A stretch of 56,228 nucleotides of DNA, taken from NCBI GenBank assembly GCA_913048065.1, contig CAJWVG010000002.1:1-56228 (forward strand), written 5' to 3'. Of this stretch, positions 18,940 through 27,693 are shown piece after piece (position 1 is the first letter of the stretch; every line of letters starts with the position of its first letter). The translations under genes were made by a program, and so were the position numbers. The notes beneath the pieces were generated by a model. That model made no database searches, was not told where the DNA came from, and saw only the letters and a list, made by a program, of their open reading frames with translations. Source of the DNA: an uncultured Gammaproteobacteria bacterium (GTDB lineage: Bacteria > Pseudomonadota > Gammaproteobacteria > GCA-002705445 > GCA-002716945).

Positions 18940-19253
18940 TTTACTGACTCAAAGTAAAGGGCAATATCCTTAATATCTTGTTCTGATAGACCAATAGCAT
19001 TTGCATGCATAGTTTCATGCACTCTATCTTTATTTTGATAAGCTTTTAGTGCCGAAATTATATACTCAGCATGTTGTCCAGCTAATTTAGGTACCTTATA
19101 TGTCGGATATACATTATTATATCCAGGGATAGCATGACAACCCAGGCATGTTTCAGCTTTAGATTTACCAGCGGTTAAACTATCTGCTGATACATTAGAC
19201 GTCATTAACATCATAAGAAAAGGGATTACATGTAATTTATTTATTGATTTCAT
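18936..19253 (-). CDS. monohaem c-type cytochrome (c4-like domain)
   Basis: Signal peptide, 'CLGCH', 'PKLAGQ', 'LSEQDIKDIALYF'. ATGA overlap with the downstream cytochrome gene. Confidence 0.85.
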   Translation of the reverse strand: MKSINKLHVIPFLMMLMTSNVSADSLTAGKSKAETCLGCHAIPGYNNVYPTYKVPKLAGQHAEYIISALKAYQNKDRVHETMHANAIGLSEQDIKDIALYFESVK

Positions 19254-19356
19254 AGTCTATTTAAGCCAGGATTATACACTAAATTTATGTGAGATAAAAC
19301 TTCATTTTTTTTGTATAATATAATAGAAAATTAAAGTCATGCGACAAAGTTGAATT

Positions 19357-19584
19357 ATGCCAATTTATGAATACAAATGTGAAGATTGTGGTTCAATTTT
19401 TGAACATTTTCAGAAAATTACGGATAGTAATCTTAGGCTATGCAAATGCGGTAAAAAAGGAAATATAAAAAAATTAATATCCTCCTCGGGGTTTAGACTT
19501 AAAGGCTCAGGTTGGTATGAGACAGATTTTAAAACAAAAAACGAAAAATCAAAAAAACCTACTAGCTCAAGTAATAAATCTTGA
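19357..19584 (+). CDS. FmdB-family zinc-ribbon protein
   Basis: 'MPIYEYKCEDCG' plus a second Cys pair 'CKCG'. 75 aa with a Lys/Ser-rich tail. Confidence 0.75.
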   Translation: MPIYEYKCEDCGSIFEHFQKITDSNLRLCKCGKKGNIKKLISSSGFRLKGSGWYETDFKTKNEKSKKPTSSSNKS

Positions 19585-19602
19585 TAAAAGGTAAAAAATA
19601 TT

Positions 19603-21366
19603 ATGCGTCTATACTGCAATAAAGTAACAGAAAAATATTTAGATAAAAATCTCGAGTTATCCGGCTGGGTGAGTAAACGTCGTGATCATGGAGGTATAAT
19701 TTTTATTGATTTAAGAGATTACACAGGAATAGTTCAACTTGTTTTTAATCCTGACAATAAAGAGCTATTTTCTCTAGCTGAATCATTAAGATCCGAAGAT
19801 GTAGTGACCATTAATGGCTCAGTAAATAAGAGATTAGAAGGCACTATTAATAAAGAGTTAGCCACAGGCGCAATAGAAGTTATCGTTTCTGATTTATTTA
19901 TTTTGAACAAATCTTTAACACCTCCTTTTTCAATTAATGATGATAATGTTAACGAAGATCAACGCCTACAATATCGTTACTTAGATATGCGTGGTCAAAA
20001 AATGCAAAATAATCTGAGATTTAGATCAAACTTAATTCATTGTATAAGAGAATTTTTTCATTCAGAACAATTTATTGAAATTGAGACGCCTATATTAACT
20101 AAAACGACGCCTGAGGGTGCAAGAGATTACTTAGTTCCAAGTCGAGTACACCATACACAGTTTTTTGCTCTACCTCAATCACCGCAGCTGTTTAAACAGA
20201 CGCTAATGATAGGTGGAATAGATAAATATTTTCAAATAGCCAAATGCTTCAGAGATGAAGATTTAAGGGCAGATAGGCAGCCTGAATTTACACAATTGGA
20301 TGTAGAATTATCTTTTGTGGATGAAGAAAATATTATTGAATGTATAGAAAAACTTTTTAATAAAATATTTAAAGACATAATAAATTTTAATAAAAATATT
20401 AAATTTCATAGAATGTCATACAAAGAAGCTATGACTAAGTATGGATGTGATAAACCGGATTTAAGAAATCCGTTAGTAATATATGATATTAAATCACTAG
20501 TTCAGGATGTAGAATTTAAAGTATTTTCAGATCATTCTAATAATGAAAATTCTAGAATTGTAGCATTGAGAGTTCCCAAGGCCGATAAACTATCAAGAAA
20601 TGATATCGATAACTTAACAAACCTCGTTAAGAATTTTGGTGCAAAAGGACTCGCTTATTTAAAATGTGAAGACGTGACTAACCTGAATGAAGGAATAGTT
20701 TCTCCGATAAAAAAATTCCTCAATATTGATGTCATTAAAAGCATCATAGATCATGTTGGAGCGAAAAATGGTGACTTAATATTTTTCTCAGCTGATTCTT
20801 CAGAAATTGTTAATGATTCGATGGCTGCTCTAATTAAGCAACTAGGAACTCAGTTAAACTTAATTTCAAATGAATGGAGCTTTGTATGGGTACTTGATTA
20901 CCCACTATTTGAAAAAGATTTAAACGGTAATACTACATCAATACATCATCCCTTTACATCTCCAAAGAATTATGATGATTTGAATGATGATGATAAATAC
21001 TCAATAAATTCACGCGCATATGATTTAATTTTAAATGGCAATGAAATTGGTGGTGGATCTATAAGAATTCACTCTCGTGAAGCCCAAATGAAAGTTTTTG
21101 ATTTACTCAATATAGGAGAAGAAGAAATGAATCAGAAATTTGGTTTTTTCTTAGATGCTCTCTCATATGGTTGTCCACCCCATGGTGGCATTGCTTTTGG
21201 TATAGATCGTCTAACCATGATTTTACTAGGTGTTGACTCGATTAGAGAAACTATTGCTTTCCCAAAAACACAGTCTGCATCTTGCTTAATGACTAATGCT
21301 CCATCTAATGTCGATGAATCACAATTGAAAGAGCTGTCTATTGCAACTATCAAACCAAAGGCCTAG
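19603..21366 (+). CDS. aspS: aspartate--tRNA ligase
   Basis: 'FIDLRD', 'FQIAKCFRDEDLRADRQPEFTQLD', 'GGGSIRIH', 'GIAFGIDRL'. Confidence 0.97.
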   Translation: MRLYCNKVTEKYLDKNLELSGWVSKRRDHGGIIFIDLRDYTGIVQLVFNPDNKELFSLAESLRSEDVVTINGSVNKRLEGTINKELATGAIEVIVSDLFILNKSLTPPFSINDDNVNEDQRLQYRYLDMRGQKMQNNLRFRSNLIHCIREFFHSEQFIEIETPILTKTTPEGARDYLVPSRVHHTQFFALPQSPQLFKQTLMIGGIDKYFQIAKCFRDEDLRADRQPEFTQLDVELSFVDEENIIECIEKLFNKIFKDIINFNKNIKFHRMSYKEAMTKYGCDKPDLRNPLVIYDIKSLVQDVEFKVFSDHSNNENSRIVALRVPKADKLSRNDIDNLTNLVKNFGAKGLAYLKCEDVTNLNEGIVSPIKKFLNIDVIKSIIDHVGAKNGDLIFFSADSSEIVNDSMAALIKQLGTQLNLISNEWSFVWVLDYPLFEKDLNGNTTSIHHPFTSPKNYDDLNDDDKYSINSRAYDLILNGNEIGGGSIRIHSREAQMKVFDLLNIGEEEMNQKFGFFLDALSYGCPPHGGIAFGIDRLTMILLGVDSIRETIAFPKTQSASCLMTNAPSNVDESQLKELSIATIKPKA

Positions 21367-21389
21367 ACTATTAAATAAAATCCTAAATT

Positions 21390-22370
21390 ATGCAATACAG
21401 TGAATATTTAAAAAAAATAAAGACATTATTAAAGAATAATGATGCAAAGTTAATCGCTCATTACTATGTAGACGAAATAGTTCAAAGGTTAGCTGAAGAT
21501 ACCAATGGCTTTGTAAGTGATAGTCTTGAAATGGCAAGATATGGCTCAAAACAAAAAGAATCATCCCTCATTGTGGCTGGTGTTAAATTTATGGGAGAGA
21601 CAGCAAAAATTTTAAATCCTGATAAAAAAATACGCATGATAGATATAGAAGCTACATGTTCGCTTGATACTGGTTGTGATTTTGAAAATTTTCAAGATTT
21701 TTGTACAAAAAATCCTGATAGAGAAGTTGTGGTATATGCAAATACTAGCGCAAAAGTTAAATCAATAGCTGACTGGGTAGTTACTTCTAGTATGGCCGTT
21801 TCATTAGTTGAACACTTAACAGCTTTAGGTAAAAAACTGATTTGGGCGCCTGACAAATATCTGGGTAACTATATTCTGGATCAAACTGGCGCAGATATGT
21901 TGCTTTGGGATGGATCTTGCATTGTTCATGAAGAATATAAAACCATAGAACTTAAAAATATGTTAAAAAGATATCCAGACTCAGATGTTCTTGTCCATCC
22001 AGAATCACCGCGAAGTATTATTCAAATAGCAGATGTGGTAGGGTCCACAACTAAGCTCATTGAGGCATCGAAAACTAGTAAAAAGAAATATATTATAGTT
22101 GCAACAGAGAAAGGTATTTTTTATCAAATGAAAAAATTTTCTCCTAACAAGATATTTTTAGAAGCTCCTACAGCTGGAGAAGGTGCTGATTGTAAAAGTT
22201 GTGGTAGATGCCCTTGGATGAATTTAAATAATGCTAATAAATTATTAGATGTCTTTAATTCCAATAAAAATGAAATTCAGATTTCGCAGGATATAATAGC
22301 AAAGGCAAAAAGACCTATAGATAGAATGGTGAATTTCCAAGCAAACAATATCATTAATAAGGCATCTTAA
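21390..22370 (+). CDS. nadA: quinolinate synthase NadA
   Basis: Near-colinear with E. coli NadA: 'AHYYVD', 'VAGVKFMGETAKIL', 'VVVYANTSA', 'VHPESP', 'CPWMN'. Confidence 0.95.
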   Translation: MQYSEYLKKIKTLLKNNDAKLIAHYYVDEIVQRLAEDTNGFVSDSLEMARYGSKQKESSLIVAGVKFMGETAKILNPDKKIRMIDIEATCSLDTGCDFENFQDFCTKNPDREVVVYANTSAKVKSIADWVVTSSMAVSLVEHLTALGKKLIWAPDKYLGNYILDQTGADMLLWDGSCIVHEEYKTIELKNMLKRYPDSDVLVHPESPRSIIQIADVVGSTTKLIEASKTSKKKYIIVATEKGIFYQMKKFSPNKIFLEAPTAGEGADCKSCGRCPWMNLNNANKLLDVFNSNKNEIQISQDIIAKAKRPIDRMVNFQANNIINKAS

Positions 22371-22371
22371 T

Positions 22372-23085
22372 ATGGCTGGGCATAGTAAGTGGGCTAACAT
22401 ACAGCATAGAAAGAAAGCACAAGACAATAAGCGTGGCAAAACATTCACTAAAGTAATAAGAGAAATTACAGTTGCAGCCAAAATGGGAGGCACTGATGTC
22501 AGTAGTAACTCAAGATTAAGACTAGCATTATCTAAGGCTAATGCCGCTAATGTCCCTAAAGATACTGTGAAAAGAGCTATAGATAAAGCATCTGGTCAAA
22601 ACAATGATAATTTTGAAGAAATCACTTATGAAGGTTATGGGCCAAAAGGTATAGCGGTAATAATTGAATGTTTAACAGATAATAAAAATAGAACAGTTTC
22701 AGAACTTAGATATGTTTTATCCAAACATGGTGGAAGTTTAGGTACAAACGGATCTGTATCTCATTTATTTAGAAAAATTGGAATACTTAAGTTATTAAGT
22801 ATATCTGAGGACGATTTACTAGAACATATGGAGAATATAGATATTGAAGACTTTGAGTTAATAGATAATGATTGTATTATTTTTACAAAACCAAATATTC
22901 TATTCGAGGCAAAAAAATATTTTGAATCTAAATCTATAAAAGTAGTTGATGAAGAAATTTCTATGGATGCTTTAACAATGGTCGAAATAAGTATAGACGA
23001 TCAAGAGAAAATATCAGATTTATCGAGTAAGATTGAGGAGTTAGATGATGTTCAAAATGTTTATATGAATGTCAATCTATCATAA
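22372..23085 (+). CDS. yebC: YebC/PmpR family DNA-binding regulator
   Basis: 'MAGHSKWANIQHRK'. 237 aa. Upstream of ruvC, as in E. coli and Pseudomonas. Confidence 0.93.
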   Translation: MAGHSKWANIQHRKKAQDNKRGKTFTKVIREITVAAKMGGTDVSSNSRLRLALSKANAANVPKDTVKRAIDKASGQNNDNFEEITYEGYGPKGIAVIIECLTDNKNRTVSELRYVLSKHGGSLGTNGSVSHLFRKIGILKLLSISEDDLLEHMENIDIEDFELIDNDCIIFTKPNILFEAKKYFESKSIKVVDEEISMDALTMVEISIDDQEKISDLSSKIEELDDVQNVYMNVNLS

Positions 23086-23090
23086 ATACT

Positions 23091-23588
23091 ATGACAACTA
23101 TATTAGGCATTGATCCAGGAACAAATATAACTGGCTTCGGTATTATTAAAATTGATTCTGGAACTATAAAATATTTACATCATTGTGTTATCAAAACTGG
23201 TTTAAAAAATAAATATACAACCAAGTTAGCAATGATTAATGAGGCAACTAACAATATTATTGATGAATATACGCCATCACATGTTGCTATCGAGTCTGTT
23301 TTTTTTAGTGTAAACGCAGGGACCGCAATCAAATTAGGTCAAGCTAGAGGTGCAGCTGTATGTGCATGTAGCAGATTGGGCTTGGAAGTTTTTGAATATA
23401 GTCCAAGAACTGTAAAAATGATTGTCACCGACAATGGTGCATCTGACAAAGAACAGTTACAAAAAAAAGTAAAAAATATTCTTAAAATTAGAAGGAAGTT
23501 AGAGATAGATGCTTCAGATGCTTTGGGTGTGGCTATTTGCCATGGAATGACATTGATGAATGAACCCGAGAAGCTGAAGAGTATTTAA
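23091..23588 (+). CDS. ruvC: Holliday junction resolvase RuvC
   Basis: 'ILGIDPGTNITGFGII', 'AIESVFF', 'DASDALGVAICH'. Confidence 0.92.
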   Translation: MTTILGIDPGTNITGFGIIKIDSGTIKYLHHCVIKTGLKNKYTTKLAMINEATNNIIDEYTPSHVAIESVFFSVNAGTAIKLGQARGAAVCACSRLGLEVFEYSPRTVKMIVTDNGASDKEQLQKKVKNILKIRRKLEIDASDALGVAICHGMTLMNEPEKLKSI

Positions 23589-23589
23589 T

Positions 23590-24231
23590 ATGCAGAATTT
23601 AATTATCAATGAGATATTTTACTCTATTCAAGGAGAAAGCTTAAATACAGGAATCCCAACAGTATTTGTTAGGCTCACGGGTTGTCCCTTAAGATGTGGA
23701 TATTGTGATACATCTTATGCTTTTAATGAGGGGTTAAAAATGACCTTTAATGATATTCTAGATAAAATTAAAATCTACGACTGTGCAAATGTAACAGTTA
23801 CAGGTGGTGAGCCATTATCCCAAAAAAAATGCTTTAGCTTCTTGGATACACTTAATGAATTTTCTTATAAGGTTTCTTTAGAAACAAGCAATGCAGTATC
23901 GATAGAAAATATTAATAAAAACATAGCCATTATTCTGGATATAAAAACTCCTGGCTCAGGTGAATCAAGTAAAAACATAATAGAAAATTACCAATATTTA
24001 AAGAAATCAGATCAAATTAAATTTGTAATCTGCAACCTTGCTGATTATGAATGGACAAGAAAATATATCGCTCAATATAATTTACATAAAATATGCAATA
24101 TTTTATTATCACCTAGCTTTGGTGAAATGGATATCAAGGTATTAGCAGAGAATATACTTAAGGACAAACTTCCAGTTAGATTACAAACGCAACTACACAA
24201 AATAATTTGGGGTGATGAGCGTGGACGATAA
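23590..24231 (+). CDS. queE: 7-carboxy-7-deazaguanine synthase QueE (radical SAM)
   Basis: 'RLTGCPLRCGYCDT' cluster motif. 213 aa. Followed by queC. Confidence 0.9.
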   Translation: MQNLIINEIFYSIQGESLNTGIPTVFVRLTGCPLRCGYCDTSYAFNEGLKMTFNDILDKIKIYDCANVTVTGGEPLSQKKCFSFLDTLNEFSYKVSLETSNAVSIENINKNIAIILDIKTPGSGESSKNIIENYQYLKKSDQIKFVICNLADYEWTRKYIAQYNLHKICNILLSPSFGEMDIKVLAENILKDKLPVRLQTQLHKIIWGDERGR

Positions 24232-24913
24232 TAAAAAAGCTTTAGTGCTATTTTCTGGAGGCCTAGATTCAACCACCACACTCGCAATAGCTTTAGCAAA
24301 AGGATTTGCTGTAACAGCCCTTACAATTAATTATCAACAAAGACATAATTATGAACTAGTTGCTAGTAAAAAAATTATTAGCAATTATTCTAATATCAAA
24401 CATATTATATTTAATATTGATTTATCGTTAATTGGAGGTTCTGCTTTAACAGACAAGGATATAGATGTTCCAACCACGAAAACTTCTGGCATACCTATTA
24501 CCTATGTTCCTGCAAGGAACACAATATTTTTATCTATAGCAGCTTCATATGCTGAAAAATTGAATATCAGTAATATTTTTATGGGTGTTAATGCTATAGA
24601 TTATTCAGGTTACCCAGACTGTAGACCGGAATTTATTACCGCATTCGAAAAGATGATTAATCTAGGAACTAAGACCGGAGTAGAAGGTCTATCATTAAAG
24701 ATAGTAACGCCGCTAATTAAAATGAAAAAATCTGAGATTATCAAGGTTGGTACCGACTTAAATGTTGATTATTCTCAAACAGTATCTTGTTATTCGTTAT
24801 CGGATACAGGAGAAGCATGTGGTAAATGTGATTCCTGTATGTTTAGAAAAAAGGGCTTTATTGATGCAAATATCAATGATCCAACTATATATAAAAAAAG
24901 TACAAAAATATAA
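24215..24913 (+). CDS. queC: 7-cyano-7-deazaguanine synthase QueC
   Basis: PP-loop 'ALVLFSGGLDSTT'. C-terminal zinc site 'CGKCDSC'. ATG 24215 (the ORF-track GTG is at 24212). Confidence 0.93.
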   Translation: MSVDDNKKALVLFSGGLDSTTTLAIALAKGFAVTALTINYQQRHNYELVASKKIISNYSNIKHIIFNIDLSLIGGSALTDKDIDVPTTKTSGIPITYVPARNTIFLSIAASYAEKLNISNIFMGVNAIDYSGYPDCRPEFITAFEKMINLGTKTGVEGLSLKIVTPLIKMKKSEIIKVGTDLNVDYSQTVSCYSLSDTGEACGKCDSCMFRKKGFIDANINDPTIYKKSTKI

Positions 24914-24947
24914 TGCTTATATTATTGTTTGCTAATATAATTAAACA

Positions 24948-24962
24948 ATTCTAATTTAGAAT
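24948..24962. promoter_or_regulatory. 15-bp perfect palindrome ATTCTAA-T-TTAGAAT upstream of yeeE
   Basis: Read directly from the sequence. It lies between a TATAAT hexamer (24936-24941) and the yeeE SD/ATG (24973). Confidence 0.35.
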
Positions 24963-24972
24963 ATGAGGACAT

Positions 24973-26172
24973 ATGGAAGCATCAGTTACTTTACTTACAT
25001 ACATTTCAATTTTAGGCTTTATATTAGGTTTTGTAGTTAGCAAAACAAATTTTTGTACTATGGGTGCTGTTTCAGATTGGGTTAATATTGGTGATTTATC
25101 AAGATTTAAATCCTGGATGTTCGCAGCAGGTATTGCAATACTAGGAGTAACAATTCTTGAATATACCTCATATATCAATGTTAATGACTCTAGAATACCC
25201 TATAGAAATTCAGTCTTTTTCTGGCCAAGGTATATTCTCGGTGGTTTAATGTTTGGCATAGGAATGACTTATGCGAGTGGATGCGGAAATAAAGTATTAA
25301 TAAGAGTTGGGGGAGGTAATATTAAATCAATTGTAGTACTTTTAGTTGCAGGTTTGATGGCCTATCTAATGACGAGGACAGATTTTTATGGTGTTGTCTT
25401 CCATAGCTGGATGAGTCCTATTAGCCCAGATTTAGCTAAAATTGGCATTGAAGATCAATCCTTGTCTACAATATTATCCTATTTATTTTCGTCAGAAAAT
25501 TTATCTAATACCAAGCTCCTAGTAGGTTTAATAATTGCTTCTATAGTTATGTTATTCATATTTAAATCTGGGACATTTATAAAAAACACTGATAATCTTT
25601 TGGGTGGTTTTGTAGTAGGCATTGTAGTAATTATTGCATGGTTTTTGACTGGAAGTTCTTTGGGGCAGGAATGGATTGAAACAAATAATTTCTTAGATAC
25701 ACCACAGCCTGGCGTGGGCATGCAGTCGTTCACTTTTATTAACCCTATGGGAGAAACTATCATTTTTCTAGGCAATGCAGCAGATTCATTTTATCTAACT
25801 TTTGGAGTAACAGCTCTTATCTCTGTTATCCTAGGTTCTTTTGTTTACTCTATTACCTCAAATAGTTTCCGAGTAGAATGGTTTGCTTCCAAACAGGACT
25901 TTGTTAGGCATATATTAGGCGCTGTTTTAATAGGTATAGGAGGAGTGTTATCTTTAGGATGTACTATTGGACAAGGTGTATCAGGAGTGTCTACCTTAGC
26001 CCTTGGTTCTTTTATAACATTAATATCGATAATACTTGGAGCAGCTATATCTATGAAAATAGAATATTATAATGCTGTCTATGAAGATTGTAGTTTTTTT
26101 GATAGTCTAAGGTCTTCATTAGCCGATTTGAATTTAATACCAAATAAATTCAGAGCACTTGAAAAGATATAA
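24973..26172 (+). CDS. yeeE: YeeE/YedE-family sulfur (thiosulfate) transporter
   Basis: Polytopic membrane protein with conserved Cys motifs 'KTNFCTMGA', 'ASGCGNK' and 'SLGCTIGQG'. SD GAGGA lies 5-9 nt upstream. Confidence 0.85.
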   Translation: MEASVTLLTYISILGFILGFVVSKTNFCTMGAVSDWVNIGDLSRFKSWMFAAGIAILGVTILEYTSYINVNDSRIPYRNSVFFWPRYILGGLMFGIGMTYASGCGNKVLIRVGGGNIKSIVVLLVAGLMAYLMTRTDFYGVVFHSWMSPISPDLAKIGIEDQSLSTILSYLFSSENLSNTKLLVGLIIASIVMLFIFKSGTFIKNTDNLLGGFVVGIVVIIAWFLTGSSLGQEWIETNNFLDTPQPGVGMQSFTFINPMGETIIFLGNAADSFYLTFGVTALISVILGSFVYSITSNSFRVEWFASKQDFVRHILGAVLIGIGGVLSLGCTIGQGVSGVSTLALGSFITLISIILGAAISMKIEYYNAVYEDCSFFDSLRSSLADLNLIPNKFRALEKI

Positions 26173-26173
26173 T

Positions 26174-26246
26174 GGGGCGTTAGCTCAGTTGGTAGAGCAG
26201 TGGCCTTTTAAGCCATTTGTCACTGGTTCGAATCCAGTACGCCCTA
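26174..26246 (+). tRNA. tRNA-Lys (anticodon UUU)
   Basis: Hand-folded cloverleaf: acceptor GGGGCGT/ACGCCCT, D arm GCTC-AGTTGGTA-GAGC, anticodon arm GTGGC-CTTTTAA-GCCAT, T arm ACTGG-TTCGAAT-CCAGT. Near-identical to E. coli tRNA-Lys. No encoded CCA. Confidence 0.93.
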
Positions 26247-26258
26247 TATAATCACACT

Positions 26259-27158
26259 ATGAAGAAATATTTAACTATAATCATGATGTTATTTTCAACT
26301 CATACTCTATCAGGTCCGGTTGAAATCATGGATAAATCAATTTTGCTAAACGGGTATTATTCTACTACATCAGAAAAATCTGACTCTATTGCTATAATTC
26401 TTCATGGTACTCGTGGTCATCAAAATTTAGAACTAATTAGCTCATTAAGGGAATCTCTATTAGATAACGAAATAGATAGCCTTACTATTAACTTAAGTTA
26501 TAAAACAAACAATCGCATCAATGACTTCCTACCTTGTGATATAGAGCATCAACATAAACAATCCGATTCTCAGCATGAAATTAGACTTTGGTATGAATAC
26601 ATATTAAAAAAAGGTTATAAAAAAGTATACCTTATCGGACACTCAAGAGGCGGTCTCGATATGATTAATTTTTATGAGAGCTTAACTTCAAAAAATAAAG
26701 GTTTTATTAATACAATCTTTTTGTTAGCTCCCATATCAGATACATGGAAATCATCCGTAAAAAGATACAAAGAAGACTTCAATGTTGATATAAATAATTT
26801 ACTTAAAACAGAAACTCATAAGTTAAAAATTCATTTTCTAGGTTGCGATGAGGCCGTCGTATATAGAGATTCATTTTTAGATTATTATTTACTTGGTGAT
26901 GATGATTCTTTTTTTGATAGTATCTCTACAAAAAAAGCTAGTAAGAGTTTAAATCTACATCTCATTAATACCTCTGGGAAAGTATATGTATTAATAGCTT
27001 CTGAAGATAATATTGCTAAAAATACTCATCTAATAGTAAAGCCAATCTCTGAGAGAAAAAAAAATGTTGAATTAAAAGTTATTGATGGTGCAGATCATTT
27101 CTTTAGGGATTTTTATTTCGATGATCTTCTAGAAATAGTCTTGGAGGTAATAAACTAG
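26259..27158 (+). CDS. secreted alpha/beta-fold hydrolase
   Basis: Signal peptide 'MKKYLTIIMMLFSTHTLSG'. Nucleophile elbow 'IGHSRGG'. Candidate Asp 'ASEDN' and His 'GADHFF'. The ORF-track start at 26217 lies inside the tRNA, so ATG 26259 is used. Confidence 0.7.
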   Translation: MKKYLTIIMMLFSTHTLSGPVEIMDKSILLNGYYSTTSEKSDSIAIILHGTRGHQNLELISSLRESLLDNEIDSLTINLSYKTNNRINDFLPCDIEHQHKQSDSQHEIRLWYEYILKKGYKKVYLIGHSRGGLDMINFYESLTSKNKGFINTIFLLAPISDTWKSSVKRYKEDFNVDINNLLKTETHKLKIHFLGCDEAVVYRDSFLDYYLLGDDDSFFDSISTKKASKSLNLHLINTSGKVYVLIASEDNIAKNTHLIVKPISERKKNVELKVIDGADHFFRDFYFDDLLEIVLEVIN

Positions 27159-27161
27159 GTT

Positions 27162-27680
27162 TTACTGAATTGTAAACGGTTCATCATTCATACCGCTATT
27201 ATTATCAATATTAATACTTCTATTTATAGTGGTATCTGATTTTGGACCTATGGTAACTTCTGAAGATGAATTATCAAACATTTTTCTATTTACTTTAATA
27301 GTTGCAAATCTATCTTCTTTGTCAAAATTCATTAAAACAAAATCGCTCCTTACTATAGCTATTTCTGACCATCCATCATCACGCATTTTAACTCTATAAA
27401 ATTCTACCACTTCGTCTGCGGAAACTTCATGTAGTAAGTAAAGAACACCAGTAAACCTTTCTCCTTCACCAAATATAACGGTTTTATCTGTTAAGTATCT
27501 AGAATCATCCGGAATTGGTATTGATATTTGTAGTCTTTTATTTAAACTAATTTCCTTCACTTCTGATGATGACTCTTCATCACTACTTGACATTAATCCA
27601 TTAACAGTCGCACATGACGTCATTGTAAAACCAAGAAGGATGAAACTGAATAATTTAAATTTATTTGAAAAATAAACCAT
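27162..27680 (-). CDS. uncharacterised lipoprotein
   Basis: 'MVYFSNKFKLFSFILLGFTMTSC' signal plus lipobox. Ser/Glu-rich linker, then a ~110-aa globular domain. The ATG at 27680 lies 13 nt after the soxA stop. I recognise no family. Confidence 0.6.
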   Translation of the reverse strand: MVYFSNKFKLFSFILLGFTMTSCATVNGLMSSSDEESSSEVKEISLNKRLQISIPIPDDSRYLTDKTVIFGEGERFTGVLYLLHEVSADEVVEFYRVKMRDDGWSEIAIVRSDFVLMNFDKEDRFATIKVNRKMFDNSSSEVTIGPKSDTTINRSINIDNNSGMNDEPFTIQ

Positions 27681-27693
27681 ATTTAAAGTATAC

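Noticed and set aside
26217-26258. ORF-track start codons that begin inside tRNA genes (26217 inside tRNA-Lys, 53465 inside tRNA-Ser)
   Set aside because: These extensions translate tRNA sequence. Downstream in-frame starts (ATG 26259, GTG 53498) give proteins that begin at the expected signal peptide or family N-terminus.
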